Sequence record: NZ_CP119397.1
From: a plasmid
Length of the DNA stretch: 64,000 nucleotides
Strand: one strand, 5' to 3'
How positions within the stretch are numbered: the first letter of the stretch is position 1; the number at the start of each line of letters is the position of its first letter. Below the pieces are notes generated by a model that saw only the letters and a list, made by a program, of their open reading frames with translations, had not been told where the DNA came from and did not search any database. Positions 18,931 through 28,444 of this stretch are shown here, one piece after another. Position numbers and translations under genes: made by a program.

Positions 18931-19758
18931 GTGTCGCGCATGTCAGCTCCACAATCGAATAAAGACTGGGTCAGAGTTGCACACACGCCGGGAAAAATTG
19001 AACGCCTGGAGGCTTACTTCAGTGGATATGGTTATGAACCTCATCGGCATGATACTTATGCGATCGGCAGGACACTGTCAGGTGTGCAAAGCTTTCGTTA
19101 CCGAGACAGTAAACAACACAGTTTACCAGGCGGGACAATAGTCCTGCATCCGGATGAAATTCATGATGGTGAGGCAGGAACGACAGAAGGATTTCAGTAC
19201 CGGATGCTGTATATCGAGCCGGCGTTAATTCAGAAAATTTTGGGCGGAAAACCATTACCATTTATTCCAGGTGGATTATCAGCAGATCCCCGGCTTTTTG
19301 CCGCTACCGGACCGCTGTTAAAAGCATCAGAAGATTCTATTGATGTCCTTGAAGAGGAGGATGCACTTTATGATCTTGCCCAGACTTTGGCCGTCGTAGG
19401 AGGGCAACGCTTTCGTCGCTGCCTTGTGGATTATCAGTCTGCAGAGCGCGCGCGCGAATATATACAATCGGAATTCAGCCAAAACATTACGCTGGAAACC
19501 TTATCTATCGTCTGTGGTAAAGATCGCTGGAGCCTGAGCCGGGATTTTCGGACACTTTTCGGCACGAGTCCTTATCGCTATGTAACAATGCGCCGTCTTG
19601 CATACTGCAGACATCTTATTCAGATAGGTCTGTCACTTGCTGAATCTGCTTTAGAGGCAGGGTTCTCAGATCAAAGCCATATGACACGGCAGTTTATAAA
19701 AGCATACGGTATTTCTCCGGGCCGTTGGCAAACCTTCATTCACCCCCATTGTGCCTGA
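18931..19758 (+). CDS. AraC family regulator (cupin N-domain + HTH)
   Basis: C-terminal AraC HTH (ESALEAGFSDQSHMTRQFIKAYGISPGRW). Confidence 0.8.
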   Translation: MSRMSAPQSNKDWVRVAHTPGKIERLEAYFSGYGYEPHRHDTYAIGRTLSGVQSFRYRDSKQHSLPGGTIVLHPDEIHDGEAGTTEGFQYRMLYIEPALIQKILGGKPLPFIPGGLSADPRLFAATGPLLKASEDSIDVLEEEDALYDLAQTLAVVGGQRFRRCLVDYQSAERAREYIQSEFSQNITLETLSIVCGKDRWSLSRDFRTLFGTSPYRYVTMRRLAYCRHLIQIGLSLAESALEAGFSDQSHMTRQFIKAYGISPGRWQTFIHPHCA

Positions 19759-19833
19759 GTTGCACGATCGTTCAAGACCGTCACAGCCACTTTATTTATC
19801 CTCGACGTTTCTTAAACATTAAGGAATGTCATC

Positions 19834-20196
19834 ATGTATTTACCGGTAAATCTGGAACAAAAATTCTCTCTTTTCCACACCCACTGGCAGCCAAAAGTCA
19901 TTGCGCAGATGAACGATTACCAGTTCAAAATCGTGAAAATAGCGGGCGACTTCATCTGGCACTCACATCCTGAAACCGACGAGGCCTTTATAGTAGTGGA
20001 GGGCGTATTGCGTATCGATTTTCGCGACGGCCACGTCCTCGTTAATCCGGGAGAAATCTACGTTGTACCAAAAGGTGTAGAACATAAAACGTCAGCCCAA
20101 ACGACGGTAAAAATGATGATGATAGAACCCTGTGGTGTGCTGAATACCGGACATGAGGGTGGGGAACGCACCGCTGAAAGCGATGTCTGGATCTAG
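19834..20196 (+). CDS. Cupin domain protein
   Basis: 120 aa with the two cupin motifs (HSHPETDEAFIVVEG ... PKGVEH). Confidence 0.65.
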   Translation: MYLPVNLEQKFSLFHTHWQPKVIAQMNDYQFKIVKIAGDFIWHSHPETDEAFIVVEGVLRIDFRDGHVLVNPGEIYVVPKGVEHKTSAQTTVKMMMIEPCGVLNTGHEGGERTAESDVWI

Positions 20197-20281
20197 CTGA
20201 GTTGTATCAGACAGCCCGGCTGGCTGGTCTGTCTGATATATCATAACTATTTAATAACCTCAGGCTCAATTCGAGCCTGAA

Positions 20282-20988
20282 CGTCCGCTTCTCGCTCATA
20301 TGGGACATCCATAATCACATCTCCTGCCTAATGGAGATTGAACATGACAATATCCCCCTGGAACAAAAGCCGTATCATTGGCCAGAAGCGACCTCTTCAG
20401 ATATCTCATATCTGGGGAATTCGCATCCGACTCGAGCTGGAAGGAAAAGTACGCGACCTGGCTCTGTTTAACCTTGCTCTGGACAGTAAACTTCGGGACT
20501 GTGATCTGGTGAAGCTGAAGGTTTCTGATGTAGCCTACGGACATTCTGTTTCGGGCAGAGCGACAGTACTGCAGCAAAAAACGGGGAGTCCTGTTCAGTT
20601 TGAACTGACTAAAGGAACCAGAGAGGCAGTAGCTGCATGGATTAGAATGGCTCATCTGCGCAGTGGCGACTATCTTTTCCAGTCCCGCGTCGGCTCTGCA
20701 CGCCACATCTCAACCAGGCAATATAACCGTATTTTTCATGGTTGGATTGAGAAGTTAGGTCTCGACGATTCGCTTTACAGTACGCATTCTATGCGCAGAA
20801 CTAAACCATATCTGATCTACAAAAAAACGAAAAACCTCCGGGTGATCCAGCTACTGTTGGGTCATAAAAAACTTGAAAGCACAGTTCGTTACCTTGGCAT
20901 TGAAGTCGATGATGCCTTGGAGATATCTGAGTCGATTGAAGTCTAAATCGCGAGGGCTGCTGTTGCAGCCCTATGCCAGAAGCGGACA
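20282..20988. mobile_element. 707-bp unit: L-end (CGTCCGCTTCTCGCTCATATGGGACAT) - tyrosine recombinase gene - R-end (CTATGCCAGAAGCGGACA); candidate autonomous member of the repeat family
   Basis: The L-end lies 30 bp before the recombinase ATG and the R-end 25 bp after its stop. The two ends are inverted copies (TGTCCGCTTCT core, 11/11). Confidence 0.5.
20338..20946 (+). CDS. Small tyrosine site-specific recombinase (phage-integrase catalytic domain only, FimB/FimE-size)
   Basis: 202 aa with the R...HxxR...H...Y tetrad pattern: HSMRRT (box II) and LLGHKKLESTVRYLG (His-Tyr). It lacks the N-terminal arm-binding domain and any IntI-specific insertion. Confidence 0.75.
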   Translation: MNMTISPWNKSRIIGQKRPLQISHIWGIRIRLELEGKVRDLALFNLALDSKLRDCDLVKLKVSDVAYGHSVSGRATVLQQKTGSPVQFELTKGTREAVAAWIRMAHLRSGDYLFQSRVGSARHISTRQYNRIFHGWIEKLGLDDSLYSTHSMRRTKPYLIYKKTKNLRVIQLLLGHKKLESTVRYLGIEVDDALEISESIEV

Positions 20989-21034
20989 CAACTAAAACAG
21001 ATGTAGTATGAATAAGGATTAAGGCGCTATATCT

Positions 21035-21664
21035 TCAGCTACGGCTAAATATCAGCTTTAGCCCTGCAATAGCGAAGCAGGAGGCTAATAACGCATCAAG
21101 CCCGCGACGAATACGACGATAAAATGCGCTCATTAATGGAGTCGAGAACAGCAGCGCATAGCCGCAGAATACTGCCACACAAATAGTCGCACAGCCGAAA
21201 ACTATCTCAGGTAAAGCAGAGGCTGCCGCGCCCGGTTTAAGTGCTACGGACATGATCGCCACCCAGGTGAGGATCGCTTTAGGATTGCCGACGTGCATCA
21301 GGATGCCCTGCTGGAAAAGTTTGCCATATGCGACGCTTTTGTCCTGTGATTTACACACGCTGGCGTCAGAGCGGGAAAGCGCAGATTTACCCGCTTTACA
21401 TGCCAGCCATAACAGATACAACCCACCTCCAATTTTTAACACGATCAGCAATTGAGCAAAAGTTGCAAGAACGGTTAACACGCCGCAGGCCGCCAGAAGC
21501 GCCCACATCATCGAACCGCCGATGACACCACCTGCCAGAGCCAAAGCTGCACCGCGGCCCTTATTCATGGCCGTACCCATAATAGCCATATTACTTGGCC
21601 CTGGGCTGGCTGTTGCGACAAAGTAAGTGGTGTAAATAAGAATTAGTTCATGCGAAAGCGCCAT
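21035..21664 (-). CDS. LysE/RhtB family exporter (second copy)
   Basis: 209 aa, LysE-type 6-TM pattern. Confidence 0.75.
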   Translation of the reverse strand: MALSHELILIYTTYFVATASPGPSNMAIMGTAMNKGRGAALALAGGVIGGSMMWALLAACGVLTVLATFAQLLIVLKIGGGLYLLWLACKAGKSALSRSDASVCKSQDKSVAYGKLFQQGILMHVGNPKAILTWVAIMSVALKPGAAASALPEIVFGCATICVAVFCGYALLFSTPLMSAFYRRIRRGLDALLASCFAIAGLKLIFSRS

Positions 21665-21767
21665 GCTTACCTCTATGTTGGGATTGTCCTTTGTTTCAGT
21701 TATATCGAATCGAGTAAAAATTCACTATGCATTCTTGCTTATTCTGACAATGAGCATGTTATCGAAA

Positions 21768-21822
21768 TGTCCGCTTTTCTCTCATAGCTGCTCTTGAAAC
21801 CTGCTCACTGGCAGCTCTGTGC
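21768..21822. repeat. Copy 6 of the inverted-repeat element (TGTCCGCTTTTCTCTCATAGCTG ... CTCTGTGCCAAGAGCGGCC)
   Basis: Seen directly. Confidence 0.55.
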
Positions 21823-22130
21823 CAAGAGCGGCCTTCAGCATTCCGCTTAACAGGGTAACGAAGTAAAAATCCCATTACGCAGAACGGCTTTGTTGCCTGA
21901 CAGAACTCAGTAAATAATGCTGGAGATAGTAAGTGATATTTCAATCAGCTGTCAGCCTGAGAAGCATTACAGCAAAATAAAGGCATGAATGATTTTTATC
22001 CTGTTCATATGTCCGCTAAAAATCCCTACTTCGCAGTTGTCATTTTTGAATAAGCAGTTGTCATCTTCTGATGAGTTTTGGGGCCGATTTAGCACGACAC
22101 TGGGGCATCTTTGTTAAAGAGGAACCCGGT

Positions 22131-23801
22131 ATGTTGAAAAATCCTTCACTCAAGTATAAAGCGCATCCTCCTGTCAGTCTTACTGACAGGCAATGGCCGG
22201 ATAACACGTTGACCCATCCACCGCGCTGGCTTTCTACGGATTTACGCGATGGTAATCAGTCGCTTGCTGAGCCCATGGACAACGCCCGGAAATTGAAATT
22301 TTGGGATCTTCTAATAGCTTGTGGTTTCCGTGAAATCGAGGTCGCGTTTCCCTCTGCTTCACAAACGGATTTTGATTTTGTGCGGACGCTCATTGAAGGT
22401 AAACGCATTCCAAAAAATGTGAACATTCAGGTTTTAACTCAGGCAAGAGAGGATTTGATTAGGCGGACATTTGTATCATTGCAGGGAGTTCATCAGGCGA
22501 CAGTTCATTTATATAATGCGACGGCGCCACTTTTCAGGGAAATCGTCTTTCGTCAGACACGTGATGAAATTGTTCAGCTTGCCATCGACGCGACCAGGCA
22601 AATCCGTCGATTATGCGATGAGACGCCGGAAACCGATTGGACATTTCAGTATTCTCCTGAAACGTTCTGCTTTACTGAGCCTGATTTTGCCCTTCAGATT
22701 TGTGAGGCCGTGGCAGAGGCCTGGGAGCCGGATACGTCTCGTCCCATGATTATCAACCTTCCTGCAACGGTTGAGGTCAGCATGCCTAATATTTACGCCG
22801 ATCAGATAGAATATTTTTGCCGCCATTTTTCGCGCCGCCAGCAGGTTTGTATAAGCGTTCATCCACACAACGATCGTGGAACAGGAATTGCCTGTGCTGA
22901 GCTTGCACTACTGGCTGGCGCTGATCGCGTTGAAGGCTGCCTGTTTGGAAACGGAGAGCGTACTGGCAATGCTGATTTAGTGACGCTGGCGCTGAATCTT
23001 TATACGCAGGGCATCTCACCCGGTCTCGACTTCAGTCAGATGAAAAAGGTGGTTGAAGTGGTGGAGGAATGCAATCAGCTGCCTGTTGCGCCGCGTCATC
23101 CCTACGCCGGCGAACTGGTTTTTACTGCTTTTTCCGGCTCCCATCAGGACGCAATCAAGAAAGGATTTGCTGCACGGCTGGGCACATCAGATTCTTTCTG
23201 GAAAATCCCCTATCTGCCGCTCGATCCGGCAGATATCGGTTGCAGCTATGAAGCGGTTATCCGTGTGAACAGCCAGTCAGGTAAAAGCGGTGCGGCCTGG
23301 CTACTCGAGCAAAATCATAACCTTATCCTGCCACGCCCGCTTCAGCAGGCATTCAGCCTTCGTGTGCAAAAAGAGGCGGAACGTGGTGAGAAAGAATTGT
23401 CACAGATGGCTGTCTGGAACCTGTTTCGTCAGGCGTATGGCATTGTTGACGCACCACCAATTCGTTTAAAAGAGTATGTCTGCAACAATCAGCCTGACCA
23501 GCGTACAGTGCTTTCTGCTGAGCTCATATGCCATGGTAAAAAGCTGAGCCTGACGGGAGAGGGAAATGGTTTCCTTTCAGCGGCTCTTACAGCCCTTTGC
23601 CGGGAGGTAAAAACAGAGCTTGAAATAGTGAGTTATCAGGAGCATGCACTTGGTAAACGCAGCGACAGTCGCTCCGTCGCTTATGTGTGCTGCCAGGACC
23701 GCACGGGGAGGTGCGCATGGGGAGTCAGTATTGACAGTGACATTACCCGTGCCTCTCTGCAGGCTATGCTAAACGCTGCAGCGGATTTCGTCACTTGCTG
23801 A
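22131..23801 (+). CDS. 2-isopropylmalate synthase-like, long bacterial type (LeuA type 2 / HMGL-like aldolase family)
   Basis: 556 aa with DLRDGNQS at the N-terminus, HxH metal site (VHPHNDRGTG) and a C-terminal LeuA dimerisation/regulatory domain. Start at ATG 22131 with an AAGAGGAA RBS. Confidence 0.7.
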   Translation: MLKNPSLKYKAHPPVSLTDRQWPDNTLTHPPRWLSTDLRDGNQSLAEPMDNARKLKFWDLLIACGFREIEVAFPSASQTDFDFVRTLIEGKRIPKNVNIQVLTQAREDLIRRTFVSLQGVHQATVHLYNATAPLFREIVFRQTRDEIVQLAIDATRQIRRLCDETPETDWTFQYSPETFCFTEPDFALQICEAVAEAWEPDTSRPMIINLPATVEVSMPNIYADQIEYFCRHFSRRQQVCISVHPHNDRGTGIACAELALLAGADRVEGCLFGNGERTGNADLVTLALNLYTQGISPGLDFSQMKKVVEVVEECNQLPVAPRHPYAGELVFTAFSGSHQDAIKKGFAARLGTSDSFWKIPYLPLDPADIGCSYEAVIRVNSQSGKSGAAWLLEQNHNLILPRPLQQAFSLRVQKEAERGEKELSQMAVWNLFRQAYGIVDAPPIRLKEYVCNNQPDQRTVLSAELICHGKKLSLTGEGNGFLSAALTALCREVKTELEIVSYQEHALGKRSDSRSVAYVCCQDRTGRCAWGVSIDSDITRASLQAMLNAAADFVTC

Positions 23802-24552
23802 AGTAATCACTGGGCGTCATTCCCATTACCCGCCGGAACATAACGCTGAACGCGCCGGGGCTGGCATAACCTGAATCCAGAGCCACCCGCGTTATTTGCT
23901 CGCCCTGCGCCAGGCGCGTCAGGGCGTGCAGAAGACGTGCTCGCCGAACCCACTCGCTGAACTGCATGCCAGTTTGCTGGTAAAAATGGCGGTTGAGCGT
24001 ACGCCCGCTGGCGTTGATTTTTACGGCCGCCTGCTCAATTGACCAAGTCTCATGCGGTGCATCGCGAACGGCTTGGCATAGCCGTTTCAGTCGCTCTGAG
24101 ACCGGCTCTGGCAGGTGAAACGGAAGCGTGTCCATAACGCGAACTTCATCAAGCATCAGTTCGTAAACACGTTCAGCCCGGCTTCCGGGCGTGTAGTCTT
24201 CAGGAAGCGTCAGCGCGCAGATAATCAGCTCCCGTAACAGGTCACTCACGCCAACAACCTGACAGATGACGGGCAGATCAGCCCGAGCCAGCGGCTCTAC
24301 AAAAAGCACCCTCGCCTTGACATCCCCTGTGATATGAAGAGCATGTGGGATATTTGCCGGTATCCATACTCCGCGTGAAGGAGGGACTATCCACAATCCG
24401 AGCCGGGTCTCAACGCGAATAACACCACTCAGCGTATGAATAAGCTGAGCACAGTTGTGCGTATGCCAGTCTTCATAATCGCCGTGCCTGTAGTCATGTG
24501 CATATGGAATAACTGACCGGCCTGAAAAATCAAAGTCGCTTTGTCTAGTCAC
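23791..24552 (-). CDS. AraC family regulator
   Basis: Cupin N-domain plus C-terminal AraC HTH. Overlaps the leuA-like stop by 11 nt. Confidence 0.8.
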   Translation of the reverse strand: MTRQSDFDFSGRSVIPYAHDYRHGDYEDWHTHNCAQLIHTLSGVIRVETRLGLWIVPPSRGVWIPANIPHALHITGDVKARVLFVEPLARADLPVICQVVGVSDLLRELIICALTLPEDYTPGSRAERVYELMLDEVRVMDTLPFHLPEPVSERLKRLCQAVRDAPHETWSIEQAAVKINASGRTLNRHFYQQTGMQFSEWVRRARLLHALTRLAQGEQITRVALDSGYASPGAFSVMFRRVMGMTPSDYFSK

Positions 24553-24734
24553 TTAATAGATATCGCTCATTCTCTCATAAAGAGTCATTCTGACTCTCTT
24601 TCGACGCACAGCCTTTCATCGCCGCTTTCAGGCATCCTGTATTGAATGGCTTGCGATGTAACAGGCACATACCGCCTACCCGCTCACGACACTAACATTA
24701 TTTGGACGCCGGACCCCTGCCTTATGATCGCCTA

Positions 24735-24800
24735 TGTCCGCTGTTCGCTCACAGCGGACATTTTGGCATTCGTCAGGCTGCTCTGTGCCAAAAGCGGACA
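24735..24800. repeat. Copy 8, best-preserved full element: TGTCCGCTGTTCGCTCACAGCGGACA + TTTTGGCATTCGTCAGGCTG + CTCTGTGCCAAAAGCGGACA
   Basis: Seen directly. Contains three GCGGACA/TGTCCGC cores. Confidence 0.65.
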
Positions 24801-24814
24801 TTGCCGTTTCACTA

Positions 24815-25699
24815 TCAGTATATATCTGTGCGCTGCTGGCAGCATGGCAACAGAAAACGCTGTAATTCAGCCGTGACTTCTTTTGGATTTTCCTCGGCCA
24901 TATGGTGACCGCTGGCTATCGCCTTGCCCCGGACATCACGTGCCCAGGTTTTCCAGATACCTAATACATCGCCATATATATCTTCCAGATCATCATATTT
25001 TGACCATAAACAAAGCGTTGGGCACATAATCAGGTTTCCTTTCTGACGATCCTGAAGCTCATGTTCTTTATCAATGCTAAGACCGGCACGATAGTCCTCG
25101 AGCATCCCATGGACAGTTTCCGGATCATGAATAGCTTTTCTGAACTCAAGGTACTCTTCATTTCCCATTGTTTCAGGCTGCCCTCCATACCATTTGTCAG
25201 GATCAGCGAGTATTGCCCGCTCCGGTTTTTCTGGCTGAGCAAAGAAGAACCAGTGATACCACTGCCGGGCAAACTTCTCATTACACCGGTTGAGGGCTTC
25301 AAGTATTGGAATGCAATCAAGTACGGCAAGCCGTGTGATTCGCTCTGGATAGTCAAGAGCGGCTCTGTAAGCTGTGTAACTTCCTCTGTCATGCCCAACA
25401 AGCGCAAATTGCTCAAAACCAAGCTGACTCATCAACTCAATACAATCTTTTGCTTTAGCTCTTTTAGAAGAACCCGCATGATCGCGCTGATCAGCCGGCT
25501 TTGACGATTGGCCGAACCCCCGCAAATCAGGGCATACGACGGTAAATGATTTGGCTAGCTCGGGAGCCACTTTTGACCAGGTTACATGGGTACGGGGGTG
25601 TCCATGCAATAACAGAACAGGTGGCCCATTCCCCCCATAGCGCACATTGAGCTCTGCTTCTGAAAGGCTGACCCGTGTATGTGTAAATCCTTCAAACAT
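24815..25699 (-). CDS. alpha/beta hydrolase, haloacetate dehalogenase H-1 / fluoroacetate dehalogenase-like (epoxide-hydrolase fold)
   Basis: LLLHGHPRTHVTW...DLRGFGQS...VGHDRGS. Strongly resembles the DehH1/FAcD subfamily including its cap region. Confidence 0.7.
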   Translation of the reverse strand: MFEGFTHTRVSLSEAELNVRYGGNGPPVLLLHGHPRTHVTWSKVAPELAKSFTVVCPDLRGFGQSSKPADQRDHAGSSKRAKAKDCIELMSQLGFEQFALVGHDRGSYTAYRAALDYPERITRLAVLDCIPILEALNRCNEKFARQWYHWFFFAQPEKPERAILADPDKWYGGQPETMGNEEYLEFRKAIHDPETVHGMLEDYRAGLSIDKEHELQDRQKGNLIMCPTLCLWSKYDDLEDIYGDVLGIWKTWARDVRGKAIASGHHMAEENPKEVTAELQRFLLPCCQQRTDIY

Positions 25700-25814
25700 A
25701 TGCTGCCTCCCACGCCACTAGTGTGGGGATAATTATAGGCTGCGGTGTAGTTGGGCACGTTGCTACATAAGGGGTTGGGCAGAATTCACCTTTCATTCGG
25801 CCTGCCTGTTGGTC

Positions 25815-25837
25815 TGCTCTGTGCCGGAAGTGGGTGT
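25815..25837. repeat. R-end-only copy (CTGCTCTGTGCCGGAAGTGGGTG)
   Basis: Seen directly. Confidence 0.45.
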
Positions 25838-25930
25838 TCGGATAAGCATGTTATCGATAAAGTTGTTAAAAATGATGACGCATAGTGTTTATTTTTATAG
25901 GGTAACGGAGGATTCTAAAACCGGCGAGGA

Positions 25931-26695
25931 GTGGGCATGGAAGGTATTCAGAGAAGATTACGCATCGCAGCAGGACAGTTTGCGCCGGTGCGCGGCGGTA
26001 TCGATGAGAATATGCATTATCACGACATGCTGATTAAGTCCGCAGCATCCGCAGGCGTTAACCTGATCATCTTCCCTGAACTCTCTCTGACAGGTTATGA
26101 ACCTGACATGGCTGAAGAGCTGGCTCTGGCTGATGAAGCCTGTCTTAGCCCACTTCAGGTATTGTCTGACAGATACGATATGACGATTATCGCAGGTGCA
26201 CCGCTGCGTGTTAAAGAGGGAAAACCGGCCATTGGTGCCTGTGTGATTTCTTCCGGGCGGCCTGTTTTCTATTACCGAAAAATGCATCTTCACCCTGGGG
26301 AGTCCGACTATTTTTCAGTGGGTCATACGGAGTGCATTTTTAAGGAACAGGCATTTAATGTAGGCGTAGCGATATGCGCAGATGCAGGACAACCGGTGCA
26401 TGCAGAACGCACGGTACAGCAGGGTGCTGACGTGTATCTGAACTCCGTGTTGAGCGCCGGTGGGTATGACAAAGATGCCGGGCAGCTTCAACATTACGCC
26501 AGACTTTACGCAATGCCCACGCTGATGGCCAATTACTGTGGCCCGTCAGGTGGCTGGAAACCGGCAGGTAAAAGCGCCGCGTGGGATGCCGGGGGTGAAC
26601 TTATCGCGCAGGCTCCGGAGGATTGTGCTGCCCTGGTTATCATGAACATTCAGGGCGGAGAGTGTTCGGGCGACGTCATCCGTCTCAATACATAA
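25931..26695 (+). CDS. Carbon-nitrogen hydrolase (nitrilase-superfamily amidase)
   Basis: FPELSLTGYEP catalytic Glu motif and the downstream Lys/Cys region. Confidence 0.8.
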   Translation: MGMEGIQRRLRIAAGQFAPVRGGIDENMHYHDMLIKSAASAGVNLIIFPELSLTGYEPDMAEELALADEACLSPLQVLSDRYDMTIIAGAPLRVKEGKPAIGACVISSGRPVFYYRKMHLHPGESDYFSVGHTECIFKEQAFNVGVAICADAGQPVHAERTVQQGADVYLNSVLSAGGYDKDAGQLQHYARLYAMPTLMANYCGPSGGWKPAGKSAAWDAGGELIAQAPEDCAALVIMNIQGGECSGDVIRLNT

Positions 26696-26755
26696 AAGTA
26701 AGCCAGGGAAGTCCACTGTGCCTTTTAGCATTCACTTAAGAAGTGAAAAGAGACA

Positions 26756-26781
26756 TGTCCGCTTTTCGCTCAACGCGGACG
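26756..26781. repeat. L-end hairpin-only copy (TGTCCGCTTTTCGCTCAACGCGGACG)
   Basis: Seen directly. Confidence 0.5.
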
Positions 26782-26864
26782 TTTATTTTCAGCGCGCACG
26801 AGTGATACGCACAAGAACGTCCTGCCAGTGGGCGGGTGGCTTACAGGGTGGCTATAAAACAGGA

Positions 26865-27179
26865 TCACAATTCCTGCAGAGACTGGAGGATCGTCTCGTT
26901 CATTTCGCGCACGGCCTGGTCGCGCCGGCGATAGTAGGTCCATTTGCCTACTTTGCTGGCTTCAAGCAGCCCGGCATCATGCAGCGCTTTGAGACACAGC
27001 GAGGTGGCGGGCTGTGACAGCCCCGCCTTGTTCTGGATAAGACTGGCACACACACCGTACTGTTCGAAAGGGTAGAGCTGAGAATAGCCAGCAAAAGCTT
27101 CATCAGGGGCTCTAAGCCATTTCAGCACCGCAACCCGCGTAGGGTTGGACAGTAATTTAATGGCGTTTTCTGGTGACAT
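26865..27179 (-). CDS. ArsR/SmtB family transcriptional regulator
   Basis: 104 aa wHTH (LSNPTRVAVLKWL...GLSQPATSLCLKALHDAGLL). Confidence 0.75.
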   Translation of the reverse strand: MSPENAIKLLSNPTRVAVLKWLRAPDEAFAGYSQLYPFEQYGVCASLIQNKAGLSQPATSLCLKALHDAGLLEASKVGKWTYYRRRDQAVREMNETILQSLQEL

Positions 27180-27193
27180 GCCATCTCCAGGTG

Positions 27194-28312
27194 TCAGGAA
27201 GAGTAAAAAGGATAATCAGTATAACCTTTTCGGGTCCCGCCATACAGCGAGGCTGTCTCTACTTTATTCAGCGGGTAGCCCGCGTTAAAACGCGCAGGTA
27301 AATCCGGATTAGCGATAAACGTGCGCCCAAAGCCGAACAGATCTCCCCAGCCCTTTTCCAGCATACGTTCGGCTTTTTCCAGGGTATAGCGGCCAGAATA
27401 CATAATCGGTGAACGGAAGGTTTCCCGAAGCGCAATACGAAAACTCTCCGGCATATCCGGGCTATTATCCCAGTCAGCTTCGGCGATTGACAGATAACCC
27501 ACGCCGAGCTCGTTCAGGAGCTGCGCTGCACGGATGTAGGTGGCATGTGGATCGCTCTCAACCAGCCCCAGATAGACGCGCTCTTCATCCGTACTCGAAA
27601 ACAGGGGAGCAAAGCGCACACCGACGCGGTGACTCCCGAATACGGCGCTGACTGCCTCAGTCACTTCACGCAGGAAGCGCAGGCGGTTATCAAGTGAGCC
27701 GCCATATTCATCGCTACGGAAGTTAGTGTGTTCAGAGATAAACTGATTGATCAGATAACCGTTGGCTGAATGAAGCTCAACACCGTCAAAGCCCGCTTTT
27801 TTTGCGTTCTCCGCGGCGGTACGGTACATCACCACAATCTCTTTCACTTCCGCCGTTGTCAGTTCGCGCGGCGTGCTGGGTGCAGTCAGGATGCCGGCAC
27901 CGGGCCCGGTTTCAATAAATACCCTGACACCGGTAGCGGTAACCGGGGAGGGTGCCACGGGGGATTGCTTTTCCGGCTGAAGTTCGGTGTGGGAAACCCG
28001 GCCGACGTGCCAGAGCTGACAGAAAATGGTGCCGCCCTCTTCATGAACCGCATCGGTGACTTTTTTCCACCCTGCGATTTGCGCTTCGCTGTGTATACCG
28101 GGCGTCCAGGCATATCCCTGGCCGCGGGGTTCAATCTGCGTGCCTTCGGTGATCATAAAACCGGCGCTGGCGCGCTGGCGGTAATAATCCACCATCATTT
28201 CCCCAGGGATGTTGCCGGGCTGCTCACTGCGGCAACGGGTCAGCGGCGGCAGGGCAATACGGTTACGGAGCGGGTAACCACCCAACTGCAGGGGAGCAAA
28301 AAGCGACGACAT
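27194..28312 (-). CDS. Old Yellow Enzyme family NADH:flavin oxidoreductase (alkene reductase, NemA-like)
   Basis: MSSLFAPLQLG...ALPPLTRCRS...HSANGYLINQF motifs. Start chosen at the second ATG (AAGGA RBS). Operon with the upstream arsR. Confidence 0.85.
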   Translation of the reverse strand: MSSLFAPLQLGGYPLRNRIALPPLTRCRSEQPGNIPGEMMVDYYRQRASAGFMITEGTQIEPRGQGYAWTPGIHSEAQIAGWKKVTDAVHEEGGTIFCQLWHVGRVSHTELQPEKQSPVAPSPVTATGVRVFIETGPGAGILTAPSTPRELTTAEVKEIVVMYRTAAENAKKAGFDGVELHSANGYLINQFISEHTNFRSDEYGGSLDNRLRFLREVTEAVSAVFGSHRVGVRFAPLFSSTDEERVYLGLVESDPHATYIRAAQLLNELGVGYLSIAEADWDNSPDMPESFRIALRETFRSPIMYSGRYTLEKAERMLEKGWGDLFGFGRTFIANPDLPARFNAGYPLNKVETASLYGGTRKGYTDYPFYSS

Positions 28313-28444
28313 AAGTAAAATCCTTCGATAAATAAGAGGGGGCATTATATTTAAAGATTTAAATATGTAAATGTTTAGTTTGTGCTGTTTTCCAGGCAGC
28401 CCCGGCGTGTGTGCTTCCCCCTCGCCGCCATCCGCTGGTCAGCC

